From Chlamydiales bacterium (GTDB lineage: Bacteria > Chlamydiota > Chlamydiia > Chlamydiales > JAAKFR01): a DNA stretch of 64,000 nucleotides. The stretch lies in assembly GCA_020831465.1 (NCBI GenBank), contig JAFIGI010000017.1:949-64948 (forward strand). The letters run 5' to 3'. The stretch's first letter is position 1. Each line of letters begins with the position of its first letter. The notes beneath the pieces were generated by a model. It ran no database searches. It was not told where the DNA came from and saw nothing but the letters and a program-made list of their open reading frames with translations. This document shows positions 1 to 8,970 of the stretch, piece by piece. A program made the translations under genes and the position numbers.

Positions 1-48
1 ATAGCAGCATCAGTAAATAAAAGGATATATTCAGGTCAGCATAACCGG
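1..48. repeat. Dispersed repeat (D/E type); second copy at 36227..36274
   Basis: The 34-nt core at 15..48 (AAATAAAAGGATATATTCAGGTCAGCATAACCGG) is almost identical to 36241..36274. The preceding ~14 nt are also related. Both copies lie just 3' of a minus-strand stop codon (68 and 36278). Confidence 0.7.
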
Positions 49-67
49 CCATCTTTGCAAGATCGTT

Positions 68-835
68 TCACATGGTGTAGTTGATGCCGATGGTAAAAGG
101 GATAGAAAAGAGGGGGCCTGTATCTCCAATTGAAGCGTGTGGAATTGATGAGTTTGGAAGAGAGGAGTTGATTGCGCCGCGCATTTCCCCTGAGTAGATC
201 ACCTCCACCATCAGAGTGTATGAAAAACCACATTTTGTGAAAAATTCAAACCCAAATTGTCCGCCCAGCGAGGGTACGGTGTATTTTTCATAAAATCCCC
301 GCGTTCCCAAAAAGGTATCCGATTCGAAAATTTCAGCATCGATATGAGAGGAATAGCGTTTAAAGCCGATTTTCGCTCCGATAAAGGGCGTGTAGTGCAG
401 GACGCAAAATCCGCAATCGGCCATGTAGTAGCGGGCGCCAAAGTAAACTCCCCAGTGGTTGTAATCATTATAAACTTGTTTAATGGGAATTTCGTTAGGC
501 CCTGTGATTGCTAGGGTTTTTCCGTCTGCATGGGTGTGCTCAGCGTCAAGGAAGATCTCGATGTGCTGGGAGAAGTCATACCCGATGTGACCGCCAACGG
601 TCCAAGGAAAGTGAAAAAGGTCGAAGAAATTCGGGACCTCAGTTTGATCGAAAATACCAGTGTCGTTGATGAGCACGTTCTGTGATTTGTGCATGAACCA
701 GGTCGGATACCCTCCTCCACGGACTCCCAAGCGAAAATGGCAGGGAGTCAGGACACCAAATAGTGCCTGTGGTAGAATGCATAACCCTAAAAGCACGATG
801 ATCCGAAATATCCGCATCACTTCCTCTCTTTGCAA
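68..835 (-). CDS. Putative outer-membrane beta-barrel protein
   Basis: 255-aa ORF with a signal-like N-terminus (MRIFRIIVLLGLCILPQALFG). Alternating aromatic/hydrophobic strand pattern (GYDF, GARYY, GFEFF) runs to the C-terminus. No enzyme motifs. The start may be the internal Met at 817. Confidence 0.6.
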   Translation of the reverse strand: MQREEVMRIFRIIVLLGLCILPQALFGVLTPCHFRLGVRGGGYPTWFMHKSQNVLINDTGIFDQTEVPNFFDLFHFPWTVGGHIGYDFSQHIEIFLDAEHTHADGKTLAITGPNEIPIKQVYNDYNHWGVYFGARYYMADCGFCVLHYTPFIGAKIGFKRYSSHIDAEIFESDTFLGTRGFYEKYTVPSLGGQFGFEFFTKCGFSYTLMVEVIYSGEMRGAINSSLPNSSIPHASIGDTGPLFSIPFTIGINYTM

Positions 836-856
836 TTTTCAACTGATTCTCCTATA
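836..856. repeat. Partial copy of repeat family A (TTTTCAACTGATTCTcCTATA)
   Basis: Matches 20 of 21 nt of the terminal arm seen at 14754..14774, 16273..16293 and 61900..61920. Confidence 0.6.
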
Positions 857-949
857 AGCGGTGTCACTAAACTTAAATGTGGCTTCTTGGATCTTTTTTC
901 GCTAGGAATTTCTCAAAGGCAGAAGCTTGCGGTGATACACTTCCATGTA

Positions 950-3850
950 TCAATCCAATTCCGTCACAAGAGAAGGGTTTTCCCTTCCTTTGTAGGAAAT
1001 CTCATTACGAATTTTCTCCGGGGTAGTGACCTCTTTATAGGAGAGCTGCCCATTTGCAGGGAGCGTCCCATTTACAAACAGGGCAAGACGGCGGAGATTC
1101 TGTTTCCCGAGAAATTCACGCGCATAATCCAGAAACTCAACATAAGTTAGCTCGCGAATGGCCTCTTTTCGCCTCTCGAGCCAATCGAATGCGCCCTCGT
1201 ACTCGAAGGCAAGCATATGAAGGATCCCTCCCATCTTGTGGAGGTTCTCAGCAGGGTGTTCAAGCTTGTAAACCAGTGCTGACTGGATTGCTTTGAAGCG
1301 CTCTTCGGGGATGACGTCCTGATGTAAATGCTGAATGCTCGACTCTAAAAAGAGTTCGAAGCGCGAGAGAAGGTCGCGGGTGTCATGGGAGCTTGATTGG
1401 ATAGCGAAAAAACTATAGAGGTGGCGTTCGAGTTCTTGCGACCAGTTTGCGACTAAGTATGCTGTCTGCTGGCGCGTGCGCAACTCACTGAAAAAGGGTT
1501 CTTCGAGCCCTTTTGAAAGGATCTCTTGGGCGGCTCTTTTTTTAAACGTGAAATCTCCGCAGTCAGCAGTAAGAATCAAAGCGTTCGCAGGGTGCTGGCT
1601 TTTGAGAACAAGGTAGCTAGGATGACCGTTGCAGGGAAGGGAAGCCAATTCTTTCTTTGGGTGTCGGGTCGGATGGAAGGGCTTGCCGGGAAGGTATTTC
1701 TCGAAAGTTTCCCAAACGGAAAGGGTTGGTCCGTTGCCATAGAGCATCCCTTCTACATAGGTCTCTTCAAAGAGCTTGCTACAAAATGCATCGAGCTGCT
1801 CGGGTTGAATCCTTTTAAGAGCCTCGCTACGTTCGTTTAAACTAGCATATTCCTTGTAAAGTATACTCCAGAGCAATTCGCTTCCTTGCTTGAGCGGAGT
1901 TGCGTTTGCCCGATTGAGATAATCGCGCATCAGCTGATCCTGATAAACGGCGAACTGCTCGCGTGAGGGAGGCGGGAGCTGCATGGCGGCAAGTACCGAA
2001 TCAAGCAATGCGGCTGACTTATCACTATATCCGATCAGCTTCAGCTCGATCCCGTTTTGACAGGGTGTAAGAGTAAAGCTAAGGCCTGCGATCTTCGCCT
2101 CGTAGGCGATCGAATTGAGACGTTCATTCACAGAGAGGCAATAAAGGTCAGCTAGAGCTAGACCGACCGGGTCTGCAGGCGAGAGAGCCGGGGTTTTTAT
2201 CGTAAACGTCCAAGAGATTTCGGGAACAAGATAGCGGTCGTCTTGACATGCGTAGAGTTTTCCCTTTGGAGAATCAGTAACAAGGGCAGGCCTCGGCAGG
2301 GTCTTCTCTTCCGATGGATTCCCTTTTACAGTGATCGATTCAGGAAGAAAGGGGTTGGGTCTAGGAATCGCGACGTGGAAATGGGGCTTTGCAACTGCCC
2401 ATTTGTCGAGCTTCTCCTTTTTGATTTCTTTGACAGAGTAGTTAACTCCCATCCATTTTTCTTTTGCCGTTGTCTTTTGCTTTGTCAAATGAGGAGGAGC
2501 GACAAGGGTGAATTGGCATCGATGGGGAGTCAGATGTTCGACAAGCTCTCGAATTTTTTCAGGATCGTATTTGCTGGGAAAGAGTGTTCTTCTCGGAAAG
2601 CTTTCAATCGGCTCGTCAACCAGCTGCATCGCGAGATCGCTGACAAGTTCGAAGATCTCTTCGCGCGACTGGAAGCGGTATTTAAGCTCTTGTAGTTCAA
2701 CGACTTCATCGAATATATAGCGCGGAATACCGACCTCGCGTAGAGAAGCGATCGTTTGAAAACACCTCTCGATGACGGTTTCATACTCCTCAACTCCTTT
2801 TGAGGTCAGTTGGATGGATAGGGTAAAAAGGCTTTGATCTTTTCCGGCATTAAAGCTTCCTGAACTGATTGATTCAGCCAAATTTTCCCGTTTGAGCTGG
2901 GCTAGTAGGCTGCTCGTTCCCTCATGCCCCAGAATATGGCTAACAAGTTTGTCGGCATGGATTTCAAGATCTTTACCGAAAACGCGAGGGAGTTCCCAAC
3001 TCATCTCGAGGATTTGGAGGTCTTGAATAGGTGTGATGAGAACCATTTTTCCGAATTTATCGGCAAGGAAGAGCGGTTCGGTAGAAGAAGAGGGGAGGCA
3101 TTCCTTCTTTTTAACATTGGAAAAAATTGTAGCGACTTCATTTTCAAGAGAATCAAGGCTTTCTGATGAGTAAACAACAAGATGCATGAGATCTGCGCTA
3201 TAGTGTGTGTTGTACCACTCTTTCAACTCATCTTGCGAAATGCGTTCTAGAGTATCGCTATTGCCGATGCAAAACCTGTGAAAGGGGTGTTTAGAGTTTG
3301 CGAGCTCTTTTTTCACATAGAGGACCCTCCAAGGGTCGAGAGGAACGTCTTTGCAAAACTCTTGATGGATCGCTTTGCACTCGCGGTCAACACCCGAAGG
3401 ACTGAAAATCGGAGCGATGAAAAATTGTCCAAACCGGTCAAGCGCTTCGGAAAAACCCTCATTATTTACGGAAAAGATGTAAACTGTGCGGTCGGCCATT
3501 GTAAAGGCATTGGGTGTTCCTCCATGTTCGTCAAGGTAACGTTTATACCCCTCTTCCTCAGGATATTTTTCAGTTCCGAGAAAGAGCATGTGTTCGACGA
3601 AGTGAGCCATCCCGGGACGGTCAACAGGGTCATCCCAACTTCCGACTGCAACCGCAAGGGCAGCTCCAGATTCCTTGGTATCGGGATCGGAGATCAGAAG
3701 AGCCTCAAGCCCATTTTCCAATCGAATTTTCCTTGTCTCCCTGTGAGAAAGGGCAGGGGTTTCGATCTTTAAATTAGATTTGTCCTCTATTACTTCATAA
3801 CAAAAGCCTGTAGTAGATAGAAGAAGGGCTATCAGCATTTTTTTCATCAT
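950..3850 (-). CDS. M16A zinc metallopeptidase (pitrilysin/insulysin-like), secreted or periplasmic
   Basis: 966-aa ORF with a signal-like N-terminus. Inverted zinc motif HFVEH (HxxEH) followed by LFLGTEKYP. Its start overlaps the stop of the upstream acyltransferase by 4 nt. Confidence 0.9.
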   Translation of the reverse strand: MMKKMLIALLLSTTGFCYEVIEDKSNLKIETPALSHRETRKIRLENGLEALLISDPDTKESGAALAVAVGSWDDPVDRPGMAHFVEHMLFLGTEKYPEEEGYKRYLDEHGGTPNAFTMADRTVYIFSVNNEGFSEALDRFGQFFIAPIFSPSGVDRECKAIHQEFCKDVPLDPWRVLYVKKELANSKHPFHRFCIGNSDTLERISQDELKEWYNTHYSADLMHLVVYSSESLDSLENEVATIFSNVKKKECLPSSSTEPLFLADKFGKMVLITPIQDLQILEMSWELPRVFGKDLEIHADKLVSHILGHEGTSSLLAQLKRENLAESISSGSFNAGKDQSLFTLSIQLTSKGVEEYETVIERCFQTIASLREVGIPRYIFDEVVELQELKYRFQSREEIFELVSDLAMQLVDEPIESFPRRTLFPSKYDPEKIRELVEHLTPHRCQFTLVAPPHLTKQKTTAKEKWMGVNYSVKEIKKEKLDKWAVAKPHFHVAIPRPNPFLPESITVKGNPSEEKTLPRPALVTDSPKGKLYACQDDRYLVPEISWTFTIKTPALSPADPVGLALADLYCLSVNERLNSIAYEAKIAGLSFTLTPCQNGIELKLIGYSDKSAALLDSVLAAMQLPPPSREQFAVYQDQLMRDYLNRANATPLKQGSELLWSILYKEYASLNERSEALKRIQPEQLDAFCSKLFEETYVEGMLYGNGPTLSVWETFEKYLPGKPFHPTRHPKKELASLPCNGHPSYLVLKSQHPANALILTADCGDFTFKKRAAQEILSKGLEEPFFSELRTRQQTAYLVANWSQELERHLYSFFAIQSSSHDTRDLLSRFELFLESSIQHLHQDVIPEERFKAIQSALVYKLEHPAENLHKMGGILHMLAFEYEGAFDWLERRKEAIRELTYVEFLDYAREFLGKQNLRRLALFVNGTLPANGQLSYKEVTTPEKIRNEISYKGRENPSLVTELD

Positions 3851-4851
3851 AAAAATCCTTGCTTGAGCATCGCGTAATCCGTTTTAACTAAATTCCATAT
3901 ATGCATCGCGCGCGCGCTGCGTTTTGCGTGGCGGTCCTGCATATCCGACCCGGGGAATTGATCGAGATCGATCTCGTCCCCAAAGCAGAAAAAAATTCCG
4001 TCCCGCTTTGTCCTCCTCTCCTCTCCAAGTTCCTTTTCAATCGTCTGGGGAGGGGGAAGAATGTCGAAAGTGGCGAGAGCGAGGGGATAGAAATGTGCCG
4101 GTCTTCTTGACTGTTTCCCGATCAAGCGGAACATCTCGATACTTTGAGGGTCAAAGGGGGAGACGACTACTTCCCCTGAGGCATTCGGACGGTCCCTTCC
4201 TCCGCTCGGCGCTACATAGATGCACTTCCCGCCCTCGGAAAGAAGTTCTTTTAACCGCTTCATCGTCCGCTGGTTATGGTGCTGCTTTTCCACTTTTTTT
4301 TCGGGGGGGGTGTCGATATGCCGTTTCGAATAGATGCAAAGCAAATTCCGTCCCATGCTAAAGGGAATTGCCATTGGATCGGAAATGACCCGGTCTCCCG
4401 CCACGAAAATCACTTCCGCAGCGAATTCGGGATAGGTATCTTCTAGCGCCAAGCTCATCAACTGCGGATCGACCTCGGTTTGGTGGTTGGCAAAGAGGAT
4501 GATATTATCCCCCACCTGCAGCTGCTCGGTCATCTTTTTTACGTTTTCGATGTTGTATACTCGGCTGCGTGCTTTATCGACAAGGGGACGTAAAAAATCC
4601 ATCCCAAATAGATAGTAATTGTAAGGCTCGGTAATTCGTATATGGTAAGGTTCGAAGCGGTATGGGTTTGCGATCTGCTCGCAGACCAATTTGAGCAGGG
4701 AGTCGAAGACCGGTTCATAAGCGGCCATATCGAGTTCAGACGATGTCACTGATTGAGAATAGCTCTCATAAAGACTGGCGATAATATCGTAGTTTTTCTG
4801 ATCAATGACTCCTTCTTTGCGCGCTTGCTTGAGTTTATTCAGAAAAGTCAT
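3847..4851 (-). CDS. Soluble plastid-type glycerol-3-phosphate acyltransferase (ATS1-like, the chlamydial 'PlsB')
   Basis: 334 aa. Acyltransferase block I NHQTEVDP (HX4D). Size and overall sequence resemble plant plastid GPAT as known for Chlamydiae. Confidence 0.8.
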   Translation of the reverse strand: MTFLNKLKQARKEGVIDQKNYDIIASLYESYSQSVTSSELDMAAYEPVFDSLLKLVCEQIANPYRFEPYHIRITEPYNYYLFGMDFLRPLVDKARSRVYNIENVKKMTEQLQVGDNIILFANHQTEVDPQLMSLALEDTYPEFAAEVIFVAGDRVISDPMAIPFSMGRNLLCIYSKRHIDTPPEKKVEKQHHNQRTMKRLKELLSEGGKCIYVAPSGGRDRPNASGEVVVSPFDPQSIEMFRLIGKQSRRPAHFYPLALATFDILPPPQTIEKELGEERRTKRDGIFFCFGDEIDLDQFPGSDMQDRHAKRSARAMHIWNLVKTDYAMLKQGFL

Positions 4852-4854
4852 ATT

Positions 4855-6402
4855 TCAAACTTCTAAAGATTCGTTGGTTACAGTAGAAATTAACTGAAAA
4901 TCATTTAGGTGGAGGCTATCTGATTCCTCGAAATCGAGCGTAGCTTTTAGTTTTTTTGCAAAAGAGGCCATATAAGAAGTCTCGCCTTCTTGCTTCATAT
5001 ACTTATGGAGCTCGGGGTGAACGACCAGAAGCAGGCCGAACTGTTGGTGTTTTTGAATCGCTTTTTTTAGAGCCCTTTCAATCTCGATGACGACGCTTTC
5101 GTGTGTTTTGATCAGGGCGCTCCCATTGCAATAGGGGCAGACTGTGAAGAGTGTTTGGATCAGCGACTCACGGCTTCTTTGGCGTGTCATTTCGACAAGT
5201 CCGAATTCACTCATACTCAATATCGTGCATTTAGCTGGATCTTCCTTCATGCACTCTCTGAGCCGCTCCAAAACACGCCGTTGGTTTTTCCGGACACGCA
5301 TGTCGATAAAGTCGATGATCACAAGTCCGCCGACATTGCGCAGGCGTAGCTGACGGGCAATTTCGTCGGCGGCCTCCAGATTGATCCGCACGAGGGTCTC
5401 TTCGACATTTCCTTCACCCGTTGTTGTACTCCTTCCCGAATTTACGTCGATCGTAAACATCGCTTCGGTGCGGTCGAAGTAGAGATAACCGCCGCTTGGG
5501 AGCCAGATCTTTCTCCTTAGGGCTTTTTCGATTTCCCTCTCGACATTGAACCGCTCAAACATCGGGATTTTATCGCGATAATACTCAATCCGCAAGGGGT
5601 GTTCTAGGCTGAATTTATTGTAGAATTTTTTGCACTTTTGATAGGTAGCATAATCGTCTACAAGAAGACGGTCGTATTTCTTATCAACGCAGGTCATGAC
5701 CGCCCGTTTTAAAATATCGGAGTCTTCATATAAAAGGGTCGGATTCGAGGATTGGTGGAATTTTTCCATGATCTGCTGCCAAGACTCAAGGAGGTCATGA
5801 GCTTCGGTTACCAACATATCGGTCGTTGCATGGCTGCTTGCCGTCCGGCAGATTAACCCCATGTCATGGGGCATCTCGAACGCTCGGATGAGCTTTTTGA
5901 GCCGCTCGCGCGCATGACGGTCTTCGATCTTCCGTGAAACGCCGCGATGAGGGGAATTCGGCAACAAAACGAGATAACGACCGGCAATTGAAATATTCGA
6001 CGTGAGGCGCGCTCCCTTGGTGCCAATAGGTTCCTTAACAACCTGGACCAAGACCGGTTGATCGATTTTTAAAATCTCTTCGATGTCGATTTTTTTCTGT
6101 TTGCGGACATCGACAGTCTGGATGTCATAGTCCAGATCAAAGTCCATGTCGAACATCTGCTCGAATTTCTTCGTATTCTCGAGTATATCCGACATGTGAA
6201 TAAATCCATTCTCACCTTCCCCAATGTCGATGAAGGCGGATTGGATATTATGGAGGATATTTGTGACTCGACCTCGGTAAATATTGCCTGTGAGCTGGCG
6301 TGCCCTTTTTCTTTCTAGAATAAGATCTCGAAGTAGGCCATTTCTCAGGTGCGCATAGCGAATCTCTTTAGATTCCACGTTGAGAAGAACATCATTGTCC
6401 AT
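4855..6402 (-). CDS. rng: Ribonuclease G/E family endoribonuclease
   Basis: 515 aa. N-terminal S1-like segment (GNIYRGRVTNILHNIQSAFIDIG). Catalytic-core motifs FTIDVNSG and GGLVIIDFIDM. Confidence 0.9.
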   Translation of the reverse strand: MDNDVLLNVESKEIRYAHLRNGLLRDLILERKRARQLTGNIYRGRVTNILHNIQSAFIDIGEGENGFIHMSDILENTKKFEQMFDMDFDLDYDIQTVDVRKQKKIDIEEILKIDQPVLVQVVKEPIGTKGARLTSNISIAGRYLVLLPNSPHRGVSRKIEDRHARERLKKLIRAFEMPHDMGLICRTASSHATTDMLVTEAHDLLESWQQIMEKFHQSSNPTLLYEDSDILKRAVMTCVDKKYDRLLVDDYATYQKCKKFYNKFSLEHPLRIEYYRDKIPMFERFNVEREIEKALRRKIWLPSGGYLYFDRTEAMFTIDVNSGRSTTTGEGNVEETLVRINLEAADEIARQLRLRNVGGLVIIDFIDMRVRKNQRRVLERLRECMKEDPAKCTILSMSEFGLVEMTRQRSRESLIQTLFTVCPYCNGSALIKTHESVVIEIERALKKAIQKHQQFGLLLVVHPELHKYMKQEGETSYMASFAKKLKATLDFEESDSLHLNDFQLISTVTNESLEV

Positions 6403-6751
6403 CGGTTCACCCTAACAATCGGCGGCAAAAGAAGTGTTCGGAAGGGATGCATCATATATTTTCTGTAAGAAAAAAGAATAAATAGTAAAAAATTATCTTT
6501 AACCCTTTCGGGGAAATTCTCTGAAACTCTTCTGATCCGCACATTCGATAAATATTTCATTGACGTTGTCCGGAAGTATATGCGAAGCTGCTGAACATTT
6601 CCACAAAAAACTGGCTTTAAAACCTATTTTCCATTAAATTCTTGGGTCGAATGAGACTATCCCGCTATTTAAATAAGTAGGCCGAGAAGCGCTTCAATAA
6701 GATGCGGAAAAAGACTCAAAAAGCAAGTTATTGGAGTAGCGAGATCTTCTC

Positions 6752-7165
6752 ATGGGTGATGAATTTAAGATTTTTGTCCATCGCTTAAAGGATGGGCAAA
6801 AAGAGAGAATTGAGGAGACCCTCTCTCCTGTATTTATGGATATACATGAAAAAGACCTGGCGTTTAACGTTCCGGTCAAGATCCATGGAGAGGCTGAATG
6901 CGCCGATCAAGCCCTGGTTTTGAGGCTCCATATCGAAACCGAGGCGGCCATGCCATGCGCTATCTGTAATGAGAATGTCCGCGTGAAGTTGGAGATTCCC
7001 GATTTCTGCCACACGGAAGAATTTGAGGATATCAAAGGCGATGTCTTCGATTTTAAAGATATATTGAGAGAGGCGATCTTGCTCGAGCTTCCTTCCCGCG
7101 CCGAGTGCGGCAATGGAAAATGCCCTGAGCGGGAAGCTTTAGCAAAATTTTTTTTTAGAGGATGA
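6752..7165 (+). CDS. yceD: YceD/DUF177 family protein
   Basis: 137 aa and acidic. Cys pairs CAIC and C..GKC. Lies immediately upstream of rpmF-plsX, as in many bacteria. Confidence 0.75.
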   Translation: MGDEFKIFVHRLKDGQKERIEETLSPVFMDIHEKDLAFNVPVKIHGEAECADQALVLRLHIETEAAMPCAICNENVRVKLEIPDFCHTEEFEDIKGDVFDFKDILREAILLELPSRAECGNGKCPEREALAKFFFRG

Positions 7166-7261
7166 TTACAAAGTCCTAATGGCTTATATTAGGCCTGCAA
7201 AAAAAGAACCTGAATCTAAACCATTAGCACTTTATAACCACACTCTTAGGAGTTAAGAACA

Positions 7262-7444
7262 ATGGCAGTACCACGATCACGCGTGAGCAATCAACGGAAA
7301 AATACCAGGCGCGCTCACCATGCAAAAAAACCTAAAAATGCGATCGCTTGCTCAAATTGCGGAAGTCAGCGGCTTTCACATCGTATTTGCCCCTCATGCG
7401 GGTATTACAACAACCGTTCCGTCATGAAGAAGGAAGAGGATTAA
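7262..7444 (+). CDS. rpmF: 50S ribosomal protein L32
   Basis: 60 aa, starts MAVPRSRVS, with a C-x2-C ... C-x2-C zinc ribbon. Preceded by AGGAG. Confidence 0.95.
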   Translation: MAVPRSRVSNQRKNTRRAHHAKKPKNAIACSNCGSQRLSHRICPSCGYYNNRSVMKKEED

Positions 7445-7450
7445 AAATTT

Positions 7451-8401
7451 TTGGGTCTACGCTTAGGAGTAGATTTAATGGGGGGCGACCAGCCTCCTGA
7501 AGCGATTTTCGAAGCCGTTTTGCATGTCGCGAAAACAACCGATTATCAAATGATTGTTTTGGCAACTCATGCCCTCTATTCCGTCATTGCAGAAAACTCC
7601 CATCCCCGAATTGAGTTTGTCACAACGGAGGAGAGTATCGAGATGGACGAGCCGCCTCTTCTAGCCGTCCGACGGAAGAAGAATTCCTCGATGGCGGCTG
7701 GGATGCGCCTTCTCAAAGAGGAGGAGCTTGATGCCTTTGTATCTGCGGGCAATACCGGCGCGCTCGTAGCAACCGCTATGCACCATTTGGAGACCCTTCC
7801 CGGTATCGACAGACCGGCTCTTCTAGTTACCATGCCTACAGCAAAGGGTGAAGTCGTCGTTCTCGATGTCGGGGCTAATGTAAACCCTAAACCCCATCAA
7901 CTTGTTGCCTATGCTCACCTCGGCTCCCTATACCGGAAGTGCCGTCATGGGCTGGAGAATCCTACGATCGGCCTGCTCAATATCGGCGCCGAAGAGCAAA
8001 AAGGGACGAAAGAGGTCAAGGAGACCTATCGGCTTCTTCAAGAAGCTTTTCAGGACCGTTTTCTTGGGAATACCGAGGGACGCGAAGTCTTCGGAGGAAA
8101 GGTCGACATTCTCGTAACAGACGGCTTCACAGGCAATGTTTTTCTCAAAACTTCCGAGGGAGTGTCGAGCTTCCTTGCCGAGTACCTTGAAAAGCAATTC
8201 AAGGTTCCCGAAATCATCTCCCATCTCAACCATAAATTCAACTACTCCGAGCATCCCGGCGCCTTTCTCTGCGGCATCGATGCCCTTGTGATCAAGTGCC
8301 ATGGTTATTCCGACCGGCAGGCCCTGATCAATGGAATCCTCGGCGCTGCCGACCTTGCTCAAAGAGGTGTTCTCCGGGAAATCAAAGCTGCCTTGATGTA
8401 G
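7451..8401 (+). CDS. plsX: Phosphate acyltransferase PlsX
   Basis: 316 aa. The conserved N-terminal D.MGGD motif is included only if the TTG at 7451 is the start. FTGN and GxxxKxHG-type motifs are present. Confidence 0.9.
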   Translation: MGLRLGVDLMGGDQPPEAIFEAVLHVAKTTDYQMIVLATHALYSVIAENSHPRIEFVTTEESIEMDEPPLLAVRRKKNSSMAAGMRLLKEEELDAFVSAGNTGALVATAMHHLETLPGIDRPALLVTMPTAKGEVVVLDVGANVNPKPHQLVAYAHLGSLYRKCRHGLENPTIGLLNIGAEEQKGTKEVKETYRLLQEAFQDRFLGNTEGREVFGGKVDILVTDGFTGNVFLKTSEGVSSFLAEYLEKQFKVPEIISHLNHKFNYSEHPGAFLCGIDALVIKCHGYSDRQALINGILGAADLAQRGVLREIKAALM

Positions 8402-8479
8402 AAAAAAAGTAACTATTCATCTCTGTGCTCTCTGTGGTTCAAAAAAAATATCTTCCTAAAAAGATTGAAAATCACAGAG

Positions 8480-8546
8480 TATCACTTGCGCGCTTGCGCG
8501 CAAGTGATAGCGCTTGGCCAAGGCCCGCATCTGCGGGCTTGGCCAA
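8480..8546. terminator. Two consecutive GC-rich hairpins between convergent plsX and ychJ-like genes
   Basis: 8480..8509 is TATCACTTGCGCGC-TT-GCGCGCAAGTGATA with 14-bp perfect arms. 8514..8546 is TTGGCCAAGGCCCGC-ATCT-GCGGGC-TTGGCCAA, near perfect. No clear U-tract follows. Confidence 0.5.
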
Positions 8547-8595
8547 CTCTGCGCCTTAGTGCCTCACTTTCCTCTGTGATGTTCATGATCTGGTT

Positions 8596-8970
8596 TTACG
8601 TGATGGAGAGGGCGCGCTTGTAGCGCCACCGCCCCTCTTCCTTCTCAAACTCGCTCTTTTCGGTAAACGAACCTGCAGAGCCGAGATAGGCGCGGAAAGT
8701 AACAAAATTACCTTGAGCTTCAAGGATATCGAGTCCTGTGAATTGAACGCCGTTTGAAAAGGCCAGGATCTGCTCTTTCCATTCGGCTGGGGGGCGCTTT
8801 TTGTCTGGATGAGACGAATGGGTTGTTTCCATAATGTAAGGGGCCTTTCCAAGCGCGTATGCACTATAGCGGGAGCGCATCAGGGCAGTCGGGGTAGGGG
8901 GAGAGGCGCCATCATGGTAGGGGGCACAGCAATTCGTATACTCTTTTCCGCTATGGCAGGGACACTTCAT
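8596..8970 (-). CDS. YchJ/UPF0225 family protein with SEC-C motif
   Basis: 124 aa. N-terminal CPCHSGKEYTNCC metal-binding SEC-C motif. Overlaps the lpxB stop by 4 nt. Confidence 0.75.
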   Translation of the reverse strand: MKCPCHSGKEYTNCCAPYHDGASPPTPTALMRSRYSAYALGKAPYIMETTHSSHPDKKRPPAEWKEQILAFSNGVQFTGLDILEAQGNFVTFRAYLGSAGSFTEKSEFEKEEGRWRYKRALSIT

